DNA from: Candidatus Hydrogenedentota bacterium
GTDB taxonomy: Bacteria > Hydrogenedentota > Hydrogenedentia > Hydrogenedentales > SLHB01
Assembly: GCA_963668025.2 (NCBI GenBank)
Contig: CAXXTH010000017.1
Coordinates: forward strand, 1,024,001 to 1,088,000
Direction: 5' to 3'
Length of the DNA stretch: 64,000 bases
Shown here: positions 1 through 9,683 of the stretch, piece after piece
Position numbering within the stretch: position 1 is the first letter of the stretch
Layout of the letters: each line of letters starts with the position of its first letter
Program-made: the position numbers and the translations under genes
The notes under the pieces: generated by a model
What the model was told of the DNA's origin: nothing
Databases searched by the model: none
Seen by the model: only the letters and a program-made list of their open reading frames with translations

Positions 1-2
1 TG

Positions 3-371
3 CGGCGCGTGCTGCGTCCCGGCGGCATGGCGTATCTGAATCTACCCGCGTACCAGTGGTTGTATTCGTCCCATGATGTCCATGTGCATACGGATCACCG
101 CTTCACACGCGGAGAAGCCGTGCGCCTGCTGGCCTCGTGCGGGTATACTGTGCTGGACGCTACCTATTGGAATATGCTGCTGTTTCCTCTGGCGGCCGCG
201 GGGCGCTTGTGGCGGCGCTGGCTGCCCCGGGAACAGTCGGATTTGGATACAGATACAAGCGGAGCCAGCAACGCGCTGTTCACGGCCGTGCTGGCGTTCG
301 AGCGTTTTTTATTGCGGCGCATGAACGCGCCTTTTGGCCTTTCCATCATGATTACAGCGCGGAAGGATTAA
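3..371 (+). CDS. Class I SAM-dependent methyltransferase, C-terminal part (5' end outside window)
   Basis: Frame opens with RRVLRPGG, typical of class I methyltransferases; P-AYQWLYSSHD...H.HRF motif typical of glycan-cluster methyltransferases. Confidence 0.8.
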   Translation, partial: RRVLRPGGMAYLNLPAYQWLYSSHDVHVHTDHRFTRGEAVRLLASCGYTVLDATYWNMLLFPLAAAGRLWRRWLPREQSDLDTDTSGASNALFTAVLAFERFLLRRMNAPFGLSIMITARKD

Positions 372-374
372 TTT

Positions 375-2015
375 TTGATGGATGCGCGAAAGACCAACCT
401 GCTTGTGCTGGGATGCATTTTGATCTTGGCGGCGGCGCTGCGCTTTTGGGGGATCAGTTTCGGCCTCCCCCATCCCGAATGCAAGCCCGACGAAACGATC
501 ATCGCACGCGCCGCCTTGGGCATGCTCGCCTCCGGCAGTTTCAATCCCCACTTTTTCGATTATCCGTCCTTGTTCCTCTATCTCACCGCCGGGCTGTACG
601 CGCTGCTTGGCCATGCGCGCGTGGCGCTGGACATAGACCCATCCTTCAGCGCGTTTCTGGCGTCCTATGAAGCGGACCCCACACCCTTTCTGATGCTTCA
701 ACGGCTCGTGTCCTGCTTGGCGGGCATCGGCGCCGTCGGGATGGTTTATCCGCTGGGCAAGACATTCGCCAGCGCCCGTGCGGGCCTGCTCGGGGCCTTT
801 TTCATGGCCGTGGCGTATTTGCCTGTGCGGGAGGCCCATTTCGGCGTTACGGATTCGCTGCAACTGCTCTTCATCTGCTTGTGCGTGTATGTGCTGGCGC
901 GCGCGCGCCATGCCCCGCGCCTTAGGGATTACGCGCTGGCGGGGTTTCTGGCGGGCCTTGCAACGTCCACTAAATACCCGGGGATTTTTTTGGCCGCACC
1001 AATGGCCGTGCTTCATCTGCTCGATACGGCGCGCCAACGTGGCGGCTTCATCCGGCGGCTTGTGCTGGCCCCCGGCCCCTGGCTCTTCGGGCTCATCATG
1101 TGCGGCGTGTTTCTCATGATCACGCCATTCGCCATCCTCGACTACCCTGCTTTTACTGCCCACAACGCCAGTGTGGCCCAGTCGCTCAATGACGGTTTCA
1201 TCCACATCTCTGGACACGGCTGGGTGCGGCATATCACCTTCTCGCTATATTACGGCATGGGTCCCGTCCTGCTGCTCGCCGCCGTGGCGGGAGCTTGCCT
1301 GCTGGCCAGGCGCGACTACCGGAGCGCATTGCTCTTTTTATCGTTTCCGGTGGTTTTTTATACCGTCACTGGGCGCAGCCTGACCGTGTTTCCCCGCTAC
1401 ATTCTGCCGGTGGCCCCGTTTTTATGCGTAGGCGCGGCCATATTTGTGGACCGGTTCGCGGAATGGCCCACGAAGCGCCATGCGCGCCTGGCCTGGGGGC
1501 TGGCGCTGGTGGCGCTGATCGCCTTGCAGCCACTGCGCGCCTCGATACGCTGCGACAAGCTGCTTGCCCGGAAAGACAACCGTCTCGTAACCACCGAATG
1601 GCTCTATGCGCGCATCCCATCCGGCAGCACGATCTACCAGACCGGCAACCAATACGACCGGCTGGACCTGCCTGCCGCCCCCGCGAGTTATGGTATTTGG
1701 TGGTACAACTCCGAGGCCGACCAATTCATCGCCCAAGGCCAGCCCACGGACGCCGAGCCGGATTACATTATCGTGGCCCGTTCCGCGCTGTTCCGCTGGG
1801 ATTGGTTTCCCCGCACCCTGCCCGGCATCGAGCGCCGCGTCCGCAACAATTATGAACTCCTGCAATACTTCTGGGCGCAGGAATTGGATTATCCTTATAA
1901 CTATTATGACAACCAGGACGCATTCTATTTGCCCTATGCGGGCGTCCGGGGAGCCAAGCGGCCCGGGCCGAATTTTTACATCTACATTCGCAAAGACTTA
2001 CTGAAGCAGGGCTAG
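375..2015 (+). CDS. GT-C fold membrane glycosyltransferase (ArnT/PMT, GT39/83-like)
   Basis: Many TM segments; LRFWG...PDE, P.FFDYPSL, GLA.STKY and RYILP motifs. Confidence 0.8.
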   Translation: MMDARKTNLLVLGCILILAAALRFWGISFGLPHPECKPDETIIARAALGMLASGSFNPHFFDYPSLFLYLTAGLYALLGHARVALDIDPSFSAFLASYEADPTPFLMLQRLVSCLAGIGAVGMVYPLGKTFASARAGLLGAFFMAVAYLPVREAHFGVTDSLQLLFICLCVYVLARARHAPRLRDYALAGFLAGLATSTKYPGIFLAAPMAVLHLLDTARQRGGFIRRLVLAPGPWLFGLIMCGVFLMITPFAILDYPAFTAHNASVAQSLNDGFIHISGHGWVRHITFSLYYGMGPVLLLAAVAGACLLARRDYRSALLFLSFPVVFYTVTGRSLTVFPRYILPVAPFLCVGAAIFVDRFAEWPTKRHARLAWGLALVALIALQPLRASIRCDKLLARKDNRLVTTEWLYARIPSGSTIYQTGNQYDRLDLPAAPASYGIWWYNSEADQFIAQGQPTDAEPDYIIVARSALFRWDWFPRTLPGIERRVRNNYELLQYFWAQELDYPYNYYDNQDAFYLPYAGVRGAKRPGPNFYIYIRKDLLKQG

Positions 2016-2053
2016 AGCGTTTCAGAATTGGATGTAGCACGGTACAAGGCTTT

Positions 2054-2101
2054 GTGGCATGGCCGTCCCGGCCATGCGCATGGGCGAGACGCCCATGCCA
2101 C
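2054..2101. repeat. REP doublet (inverted pair, REPIN-like)
   Basis: GTGGCATGGCCGTCCCGGCCATG-cg-CATGGGCGAGACGCCCATGCCAC. Confidence 0.85.
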
Positions 2102-2150
2102 TTCGCTACACACCATCTTGATACACTCTATCGACAGGGAGAATGGGGCG

Positions 2151-3230
2151 ATGTTCACGTGTTCCCTGACAGATGCGATGCTGTCCCGTGAAGAGCAAGC
2201 ACGCTTTCGCGATTTCCTCCAACGCCATGGCGTGGATGACGCCATCTGGGAGCCATACGCCCGCGCGCTGGCCGTCTCCTCACCCATTACGAAGCCCATG
2301 GCGCTCCGGGTGTTTCATGAAAACAAGCTGGCGGGCGCGGCGTTTGTCGTGAAATGCAAGGCGTATGGGCGGGCGATGTTTGACCATCCGCTATTATATC
2401 GCTCCATCGACCTGGCTGGCTTGCCTGCATTCATCTGGATGCGCACGGGATTTTGCGCCGACCTGCTGGCTAATCCGGGCTTTATCGCCGAGGGTTTCGA
2501 GGAGCAGGCGGTCCTACAGTCCATGCTGGCGGAACTTCGCTGCAGCGCTTACGGCGTGATCGTCACGGATTTCCCCGCCAACCAGGCGCTGCACGGCGCG
2601 GCCAGCGTGTTCTCTTACGTGAAGAATGGCGCGGTGTCGCTGCACGGGATGCATGCGCGGGTAGACTTCATGGGCCAACACCACCGCTTGCGCCGCAAAG
2701 TCCAGTGCTTCACGCAACAAGGTGGGGAAATCGAGGTGGTGTGTGGCGCGATGACGGTTGAAGCGCTTCAGGCGGTGCGGCGTTGCATCGACGCGACCGT
2801 TCGTGAAAGCATTATTTATACGCCCTTCCAGGATATCTTCACGGAAGCCGCCTTGTCGGCATGCCAGCTCGACTCGATCCAAATGGTGCATGCCGTTGCG
2901 CGGCTGCATGGAGAGATAGTGGGTTATCACACCTTTGTGCGGAGCGGGCGCGGGCTGCATATGTTGCATGGCGCATTCGACCGCGGCTGCTCGGATTTGC
3001 ACCATTGTTATGAAAACGTGATTCTGGCCGCCGTGGAGTACGCCCTCGAGCATCAACTCGAATGCGTTCATTTCGGCCCCATCCTCAACGAGACCAAACG
3101 GCGCATGATGAACCAAACAGCATCCTGCGCCATCTATTTCCATAGCCAATATGCCTGGCTGCGCTTCTTGATTCCCATCGCATTCCGTTGCTCGAAGATG
3201 CAAAGCCCAAAGCTTTTGATGTTTGGGTAG
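2151..3230 (+). CDS. GNAT/FemAB-like acyltransferase-fold protein
   Basis: C-terminal GNAT-like pattern (IVGYHTF...YENVILAAVEYA...HFG...ETKRRM); ATG 2151 follows GGGAGA; the longer ORF start at 2028 runs through a REP. Confidence 0.55.
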   Translation: MFTCSLTDAMLSREEQARFRDFLQRHGVDDAIWEPYARALAVSSPITKPMALRVFHENKLAGAAFVVKCKAYGRAMFDHPLLYRSIDLAGLPAFIWMRTGFCADLLANPGFIAEGFEEQAVLQSMLAELRCSAYGVIVTDFPANQALHGAASVFSYVKNGAVSLHGMHARVDFMGQHHRLRRKVQCFTQQGGEIEVVCGAMTVEALQAVRRCIDATVRESIIYTPFQDIFTEAALSACQLDSIQMVHAVARLHGEIVGYHTFVRSGRGLHMLHGAFDRGCSDLHHCYENVILAAVEYALEHQLECVHFGPILNETKRRMMNQTASCAIYFHSQYAWLRFLIPIAFRCSKMQSPKLLMFG

Positions 3231-3237
3231 TAGCGGC

Positions 3238-4071
3238 TCAGGCTTTGCCCATGATCATGGCGAGGCTGATTTGAATGACGTTGATGTCGAAGATGAGCTG
3301 TATCGCCGCGAGCAGCACCAATACGAAGATGATGCGGTTGAACAGTTTTTCGGATACCCGCGTATGCATCCATTTCCCCATATACGAGCCGATGGGCACC
3401 AAGGGGATAAGCACGAGATCAAACAGCAGCACGTCTTTTTGCATAAGCCCCACGCCGAAAAAGAAGGGCAGCTTGGTGATGTTAATCAGGGCGAACGTCC
3501 ACGCCACAGTGCCCACGAAGAGTGACTTGCCGAGTCCTTGTGCGAATACATAGAGGTTCACGATAGGCCCCGCCGCGTGGGCGATGGCGGAGCAGAATCC
3601 CGCCGCAATGCCCGTGGGAATAGCCACGCGCAGGCCGGGCCGGTATTGTTCGACCCAATGGAGCGCCGCTTCTTTCACGAAAATGTAGATCGCAAAGAGC
3701 AGGGCGATGATGCCGACAAACAGCTTGATGGGCCGCTCGAATGATTCAATGCCTTCCTGTCCCACCCGGTACCATACCCATGCGCCGAGCAGGATGCCGA
3801 TGATCGAGGGCAGGTACATCTCGAGCACTTTTCGCCATACTTTATTATCCCAGTGATGGTAGATGGCGTTGATGTCGCACAAGATGAGCAGCGGCAGCAT
3901 GGTGGCCGACACCAGATCGACCGGCATGACCAGCATCATCAGCGGCAGCGACAGGATGCCCGCGCCGCCCGCGAATCCGGATTTGCTAATTCCCTGGATC
4001 AGAATGGCCAGCGCGACGAACACCCAAAAAATGCTTATCGGCACATCCGGCAGGACAAACGTGGAAAACAC
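3238..4071 (-). CDS. TauE/SafE (TSUP) family permease
   Basis: GISKSGFAGGAGILSLP and AHAAGP motifs, about 8 TM helices. Confidence 0.85.
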   Translation of the reverse strand: MFSTFVLPDVPISIFWVFVALAILIQGISKSGFAGGAGILSLPLMMLVMPVDLVSATMLPLLILCDINAIYHHWDNKVWRKVLEMYLPSIIGILLGAWVWYRVGQEGIESFERPIKLFVGIIALLFAIYIFVKEAALHWVEQYRPGLRVAIPTGIAAGFCSAIAHAAGPIVNLYVFAQGLGKSLFVGTVAWTFALINITKLPFFFGVGLMQKDVLLFDLVLIPLVPIGSYMGKWMHTRVSEKLFNRIIFVLVLLAAIQLIFDINVIQISLAMIMGKA

Positions 4072-4083
4072 GGGGCGCTCCTT

Positions 4084-4520
4084 CTATTCTTCGTATTCGG
4101 CGGTGACGACGCTCGATAGCCCGCCCCGGGGATTGCAGGCGATCACCACGCGCATCCGCTTGGGATGGCAGGCCTTCACCAAGTCATCGAGCATGCGGTT
4201 CACCAAGTGCTCATACCAGATGCCCACATTGCGATAGGACAACAGGTAATACTTGAGCGACCGCAACTCGATGCAGTAGCGTCCCGGCGTATAAGCGATG
4301 GTGATGCGGGCGAAATCGGGCAGGCCGAGAAAGGGCACACGGACGTGAATTCGTCCGTCTCGGTGACGATCTCCATGGCCTTGCCCACGGGCTTATCCGC
4401 ATAAGCGTACTCGAAGCATTCGAGGCATCCGGCGTCAATGGCCTCTTCGCCTTGAAACGGGAGCGACTTGTCTTGTGCTTGAAAGGCCTGCCGGACGCTG
4501 GGCTGCTGTTCATTCTCCAT
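4084..4520 (-). pseudogene. queF: preQ1 synthase QueF (type I), frameshifted near 4326
   Basis: EFTSVCPFS in one frame continues as GLPDFARITI...ELRSLKYYLLSYRNVG...PRGGL in another; TCGGCCTG lacks one G. Confidence 0.85.
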
Positions 4521-5212
4521 AATAGTAACACCTCGCGGAATTGGTCTCTTGGACCACCGTGGCCAGGGGCGTTTGGCCCATTTCGGCCAGCCGGTTCCAG
4601 AGCCATTGGCACATATGCTCGCACGTCGTTCCCTCGAGGCCCGGCGTTTCATTCAGACAGGTATGGTCAAGCACCGCCATATATTTCTTCGAGTGCGGCG
4701 CGCAGGGACTCCATGTCCGCCGCCCCCGCCTCGACGCGGTAGCTATGCCCATGCAGCAAATGGCATGGGTGGCTATCGGGCAATTGGGGCAGCGATTGGG
4801 CCGCCTCGAAAGTGAAGCGCCAGCGCGCGGGCAATTTCTTCGAGGGCTCGGCCTCGAGTTGCACCGGCTTGAACGCCAGATCGCCCACGATGGACACCCG
4901 CACATCGGCGAGCATCGGCAATTGCGGCTGCAAACGTTCCAGAATCCACGCCCTCAGCGCGGGCAGCCGGGTATCCTGGAGCTCCGGCGTATTCTCATTC
5001 AAATAATGATGGTCCAGTTGCGCATACAGCGGCTGGAACAAGGCCTTAATATCGCCATAGTCCATCAGCCACCCATATTCCGAAGCCACCTTGCCCGCCA
5101 CGACGAGATCAGCGCGATAGCTATGGCCATGGACACGCTGTTGGCGCGCATCGCCACGGGGATTCCGATGAGCCGCCTCGAAGAAAAACGTACGAACCAA
5201 TTCCACCTTCAC
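4510..5212 (-). pseudogene. queD: Tandem two-domain QueD (6-carboxytetrahydropterin synthase), frameshifted near 4677
   Basis: Two FEAA(H/Q)...HGHSY...LDH domains; EEIY continues as AVLDHTCLNE...QET in another frame; TATGGCGGTG has one extra G. Confidence 0.8.
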
Positions 5213-5332
5213 GGGGTGCGCCTCCTGTATGCCGGAGCCCCAAACGGCTCGGACGGCAAAGGAGTATTATGCGGCAAAGACAGGGCGGCATGCCACTGCG
5301 TGGTGGTGGGGAACTGCTCGTAACCGTATTCC

Positions 5333-5355
5333 GTAGCATGGGCGTCCCGCCCATG
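5333..5355 (+). repeat. REP singlet
   Basis: GTAGCATGGGCGTCCCGCCCATG. Confidence 0.85.
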
Positions 5356-5385
5356 ACTCGATCCTATGTGTTATGGGGGAGAGGC

Positions 5386-6357
5386 CTACTTGTGCGCACC
5401 CATTTTTTCATGATTTATTTGCATGAACTCCTCGCACATCGCTTGAATCGCTTCCTCCGAATGGCCCGCGCCTACGGGATCGGCATACCACTTGGCGATA
5501 TACCCGCCGTTGTCGCGTCCGAGCAGGCTGGCCAGTTTCCGGCAATAGGCGCGGATATCATCTAGGCTGCCCCGGCACATCATGTTTTGTATGTCCACTG
5601 GGCACCAGAAACAGATGCGCCCGCCAAACCGGTTTCCGAGCACCTCAAGCCCCATATTCTCCTGCTGGTCCATTTGAATGACATCAAGCCCGGCCTCGAT
5701 AAGGTCATCGAGAATATCCACGATATAGCCGCAGGAATGCATCAGCGTGATTAGTCCGGCGTCATGGCATGCCCCAAACACCCGCGCATATCTCGGTTTC
5801 CATATCTCCCGCCATTTGTCTGGGGAGATCATCAAACGATCCTGCAAACCCAAATCATCCGCCAAAATAAGGCCGTCGAGTCCGGCTGCCGCAAACTTCT
5901 GAATGGCAACTAGGTTCATGTCCGCCAATAGGTCGATCAAGCGGGCCAGTTCATTCGGATACTCGTAGATATCCGTCCAGGTGTTTTGCAGTCCTCGCAC
6001 GAAGTGGACCCGCTCGTAGAGCGATATGCCCGTAGCAAGCAGGAAACGTTCTCCCGCGGCTTCCCGCGCTCCTTCCAAGGTTTGCCATCGGTTCGAGGTG
6101 TTTATATCGGGTATGGCCAATTCATCGAAATGCGCCCAGTCCTTCAATGGGAACTCCTGTACTTCTCCCAGGTTGCACGCGCCAATGTTTTTCCAGACAG
6201 CGCCCCATTCATCTGTCCCATTGGCGGGCCGGGCATCCGGGTGGGGAGCCATGCCCGTCCATGCGAAGTCAGACCCATAGGGCTCCGGGAGGTCCATGGG
6301 AAGCCGGTCAATTCCCTGAAAAGTGGCGGCGTTTCGCACAAGTTCACGGCTGGTCAT
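5386..6357 (-). CDS. Uroporphyrinogen decarboxylase / MtaA-CmuA family protein
   Basis: DEWG, ADDLG.Q..LMISP, MHSCG, D.Q motifs; AGGAGA precedes ATG 6357. Confidence 0.85.
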   Translation of the reverse strand: MTSRELVRNAATFQGIDRLPMDLPEPYGSDFAWTGMAPHPDARPANGTDEWGAVWKNIGACNLGEVQEFPLKDWAHFDELAIPDINTSNRWQTLEGAREAAGERFLLATGISLYERVHFVRGLQNTWTDIYEYPNELARLIDLLADMNLVAIQKFAAAGLDGLILADDLGLQDRLMISPDKWREIWKPRYARVFGACHDAGLITLMHSCGYIVDILDDLIEAGLDVIQMDQQENMGLEVLGNRFGGRICFWCPVDIQNMMCRGSLDDIRAYCRKLASLLGRDNGGYIAKWYADPVGAGHSEEAIQAMCEEFMQINHEKMGAHK

Positions 6358-6458
6358 TGGTATTCTCCTATACATCCTGGCCTGCGGTTGCGGGCGTCTT
6401 GCCGTAGAATAACATAATATATGATAAAGTTGCGAGGGCTAGATCTTTGCAGCAATTC

Positions 6459-6506
6459 ATAGCATGGGCGTCCCGCCCATGTGCATAGCCGGGACGCCCA
6501 TGCTAT
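6459..6506. repeat. REP doublet
   Basis: ATAGCATGGGCGTCCCGCCCATG-tg-CATAGCCGGGACGCCCATGCTAT. Confidence 0.85.
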
Positions 6507-6595
6507 CGGAGCTGGTAATTGCCCCGCCGCCAGGGCTTGCAAACCATCCTCCGCCTCAGCTACAACCAGATACAATTCATGTTGAGGATACTATC

Positions 6596-6946
6596 ATGGA
6601 AACAGCGGACAAGCGGCGGTATTCGATCTCCGAAGTGAGCGAACAGACCCAAGTGCCAGCGTATGTCCTTCGCCAATGGGAAGAACGCTTTCCCCAACTC
6701 AAGCCCCGGCGCGACCGCGTCAAACGGCGTTATTACCTCTTGGAAGACATCCGGATTGTACAACGCATCAAGGAATTGCTCTGGCAGGAAAAGATGACCA
6801 CCACGGGGGCGCGGCGGGTGCTGGCGCAGGAACTTCGGGGGGAAGGCCGCCCCCGGACGCGCCAGGAAGCCATTGACTTGCTGGATCAGATCGAGGCCGA
6901 AGTCCGCGCCATGCTTGCCATGCTGGATGAATATCTGCCGGAATGA
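6596..6946 (+). CDS. MerR-family HTH regulator
   Basis: YSISEVSE...VLRQWE..FPQLKP.R....RRYY; GAGGA RBS before ATG 6596. Confidence 0.9.
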   Translation: METADKRRYSISEVSEQTQVPAYVLRQWEERFPQLKPRRDRVKRRYYLLEDIRIVQRIKELLWQEKMTTTGARRVLAQELRGEGRPRTRQEAIDLLDQIEAEVRAMLAMLDEYLPE

Positions 6947-6992
6947 TATCGCAGCCAGGAATACATGGTAAACTTCGTCGATGGCGGAATTA

Positions 6993-7147
6993 TTTTAGAC
7001 ATGATTTACATGATGAGACAAGATTTTTAATAGCGAACTCGTTTCCTAAAAAAGCGCGCTCGAGCGCTTCATCGATCCGCTTTCACCTCTGTAAATTATC
7101 ATGGCGGGCTTGTCCAATCTTGTTCATCATGTAAATCATGTCTAAAA
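6993..7147. mobile_element. MITE-like element with ~32-bp terminal inverted repeats
   Basis: TTTTAGACATGATTTACATGATGAGACAAGATT (6993-7025) matches the reverse complement of 7116-7147 apart from one indel. Confidence 0.7.
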
Positions 7148-7306
7148 AAAGGCTCTTGCTTCAGTCCGGCAATATGCAACGAGCATTTGAATCAACATTC
7201 AGATGATGAAGAGGAAAAATAATCCAAGCGCATTGAAAAGCTTGCTTCCAACGATTGGGATGCTTAACGTAATACAATCGTCTATGGCAATACTGTGGGG
7301 AATAGC

Positions 7307-8449
7307 ATGGCTCGTTTACTGATTACATCCATCCTCCGCCATACGAAGCCGGAAGAACCATCCGGTTTTCTCAACACAGTGGAACTCGCTTCGGGGATAC
7401 TTACCGGCCGCTGCCCGCTGCCGGAGCCGCCGCATACCCATGCCGATCCGAATCCACGTGGGGGCATGCGGGGTGCGAAGGGCATTACGCTGCTGCCCGA
7501 TGGCGTGCTAGTGGCGAACCATAGCGAAGTGTTCGACTTCGATACGGCATGGCGCATCCGGCGGGTCATGTCGCATCCCTCGTGTTCGGGGATTCATGAC
7601 ATCCTGTATCAGAGCGGCGAACTGTGGATCACCTCTTCACGCAATGACCTCGTGTTCGTGTTCGGGCTGGATGGCGGGCTGCGGCGGGTAGTCAATTTAC
7701 GGGCGGAGAAAGCCGTGCGCCAGGCGCTGGGCTGGGGCGCGCCGAATCTGCTCGATGAACAGGCCATCGCGGAGGGCCGCATCGATTTCCGCGACCCGCG
7801 CACGCATACCTATGAAACCTATGATGGCGCGCATGTGAACAGCCTGGCCATGCTGCCGAGCGGCGATATCTTGATTATGATGGGCTTGGTATGGACGCGC
7901 TCGATGACGCGCTTGTTCACGCTCAAGAAATATTTGAAGCGCTGGCATTTGTGGGAGCCCCTGGTGGCGGCGAACAAAGCCGCCGCATGCGCCTTGGGCC
8001 TCAAGAAGCAACTGAACACGGACATGGCCTTTCACGCCGCCACGGGCCAGGCGGCGGTCGTGCGCGTGCATCCCGAGGGCCGGGTGTCCGTGCCGCTCGT
8101 GTTGCGCCAGTGCAACACGCCCGTGCATAGCCTCCTGGCCGAACCGGATGGGACGGTCCTTTTCGATGACACCAGCGCGGGGGATATCGTGCGGTTTCAT
8201 CCCGATACGGGCGCGATTCTGGCTCGGACGCCCATCGGCGAGCCGTTTTTACGGGGTTTGGCGCGGGTGTCTGAGCGCGAAGTGGTGGCGGGCGGCGTGC
8301 GGGGCATCTACCTAGTGGAACTCGAAGCGGGCCAGGTGGTTCAGCGCATTCCGCTGTTCGAGAATCCCAACGAATCGGTTTACGATATCAAGGTGCTGCC
8401 GGATACGTTCCATTCATTGCCAGAAGCCTTGGCGCGTGAGGATGTTTGA
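7307..8449 (+). CDS. Hypothetical beta-propeller-like protein
   Basis: Repeated short beta-strand blades (KGIT, IHDI, HVNSL, VHSL, FLRGL, VYDI); overlaps the next gene. Confidence 0.6.
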   Translation: MARLLITSILRHTKPEEPSGFLNTVELASGILTGRCPLPEPPHTHADPNPRGGMRGAKGITLLPDGVLVANHSEVFDFDTAWRIRRVMSHPSCSGIHDILYQSGELWITSSRNDLVFVFGLDGGLRRVVNLRAEKAVRQALGWGAPNLLDEQAIAEGRIDFRDPRTHTYETYDGAHVNSLAMLPSGDILIMMGLVWTRSMTRLFTLKKYLKRWHLWEPLVAANKAAACALGLKKQLNTDMAFHAATGQAAVVRVHPEGRVSVPLVLRQCNTPVHSLLAEPDGTVLFDDTSAGDIVRFHPDTGAILARTPIGEPFLRGLARVSEREVVAGGVRGIYLVELEAGQVVQRIPLFENPNESVYDIKVLPDTFHSLPEALAREDV

Positions 8450-9626
8450 TATGGCTCGTGCGGTCTATCTGTCTCCCGGTTCGAGCATGCTTGCCGGGCA
8501 CTGGCTGCGCCAAAGCGGCGCCGAAGGCGAAATCGTCCTCCTTGCGCCTGATGCGGCTCGAAGCGAGGCCGAAGACCTGCGCGCGCGCTATCCGCGTATG
8601 GTCCGCGTGGCCGGTTTTCCGGGCGAGCCCCTTGATGCCGCCCTGCTCGAGGAAGGCGTGGCCATTCCCGCCGCGCCCGGAATGTCCGTCTTGCGATTCC
8701 AGCCCAGCGTACGCATTCCCGATTGGAATCCCCTGTTTCCCGTGTTCCGCGCTTTATGGCTCAAGGGTTTTCGCCGCTTCACCGTCTGCACGCCCGCCGG
8801 GGCGCGCACGGTTGAAATCCCGCATATGCTCGATGCCTTCCAGGGCGTTCATGCGGGAAAACGCTGTTTCGTGGCGGGCAATGGCCCCAGCCTGAACGCC
8901 ATCGACATGGCGCGTTTGAACGGCGAGATCACCTTCGGCGCGAACCGGTGTTTTCTGGGGTATCCGGCATGGGGGTATTCATTCACCTATTGGGGCATCA
9001 TGGACCGTGTCCAGATCGAGGAATACGGTCCGGAGTATGAAGAGAACGCACGGGCGGAAAGCGTGAATTTTCTGCCGTTCGAATACTTGCCTTGGATGAA
9101 CACCCCGAACGCATGCCCGGTGCATTTCGACTACGAATGGCGATTGCCGCCTCGGTTCTCCGAGCAGCCGGACGTGCTGCATCAAGGCTATTCGGTCGTA
9201 TATATGCTGATCCAGATCGCCGCGTACATGGGCTGCAATCCGATCATCGTGATCGGCATGGACCACCGCTACAATCTGCGCCGCACCTGGCGGCCCTTGG
9301 AACGGATGCGGGGCGAACTGGCCCAGCGGCTGCATGATACGCGCTTGTACCGGTTCTATCAGCTATGGCGTTCTTCAACCCGCGCGGAAGGGGCAGCCGC
9401 TCCCAGCAGCCACTATTGGGAAGCGCGGGACGCTACAAAACCCACCCATTTCACCCGCGAATACACCCACGAGAAGCATTTCGCCCGGCCTCATCCGGAA
9501 CGCACCGAGGCGGCCATGGCGGCGGCGTCGCGCTGGGCAGAGGCGCATGACATTCAGATCCTCAACGCCACACCCGATAGTGCGTTGAAGGCGTTTCCGC
9601 TGGTCCCGTTTTCGAGCTTGTTCTGA
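8436..9626 (+). CDS. DUF115/MAF (MptE-like) glycosyltransferase-related protein
   Basis: KRCFVAGNGPSLN, FGANR, IQIAAYMGCNPIIVIGMDH, ILNATP.S.L..F motifs. Confidence 0.8.
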   Translation: MRMFDMARAVYLSPGSSMLAGHWLRQSGAEGEIVLLAPDAARSEAEDLRARYPRMVRVAGFPGEPLDAALLEEGVAIPAAPGMSVLRFQPSVRIPDWNPLFPVFRALWLKGFRRFTVCTPAGARTVEIPHMLDAFQGVHAGKRCFVAGNGPSLNAIDMARLNGEITFGANRCFLGYPAWGYSFTYWGIMDRVQIEEYGPEYEENARAESVNFLPFEYLPWMNTPNACPVHFDYEWRLPPRFSEQPDVLHQGYSVVYMLIQIAAYMGCNPIIVIGMDHRYNLRRTWRPLERMRGELAQRLHDTRLYRFYQLWRSSTRAEGAAAPSSHYWEARDATKPTHFTREYTHEKHFARPHPERTEAAMAAASRWAEAHDIQILNATPDSALKAFPLVPFSSLF

Positions 9627-9683
9627 ACCCGCTTAGAAATACGGAACGGATATGAAAACGGATGAATAGTCTTGTTAATCAAT

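Noticed and set aside
2028-2150. N-terminal extensions and small ORFs reading MGVPPM, MGGTPM or HGRPGH (also 6464, 11497, 45704, 48494)
   Set aside because: Translations of REP palindromes, not real coding sequence
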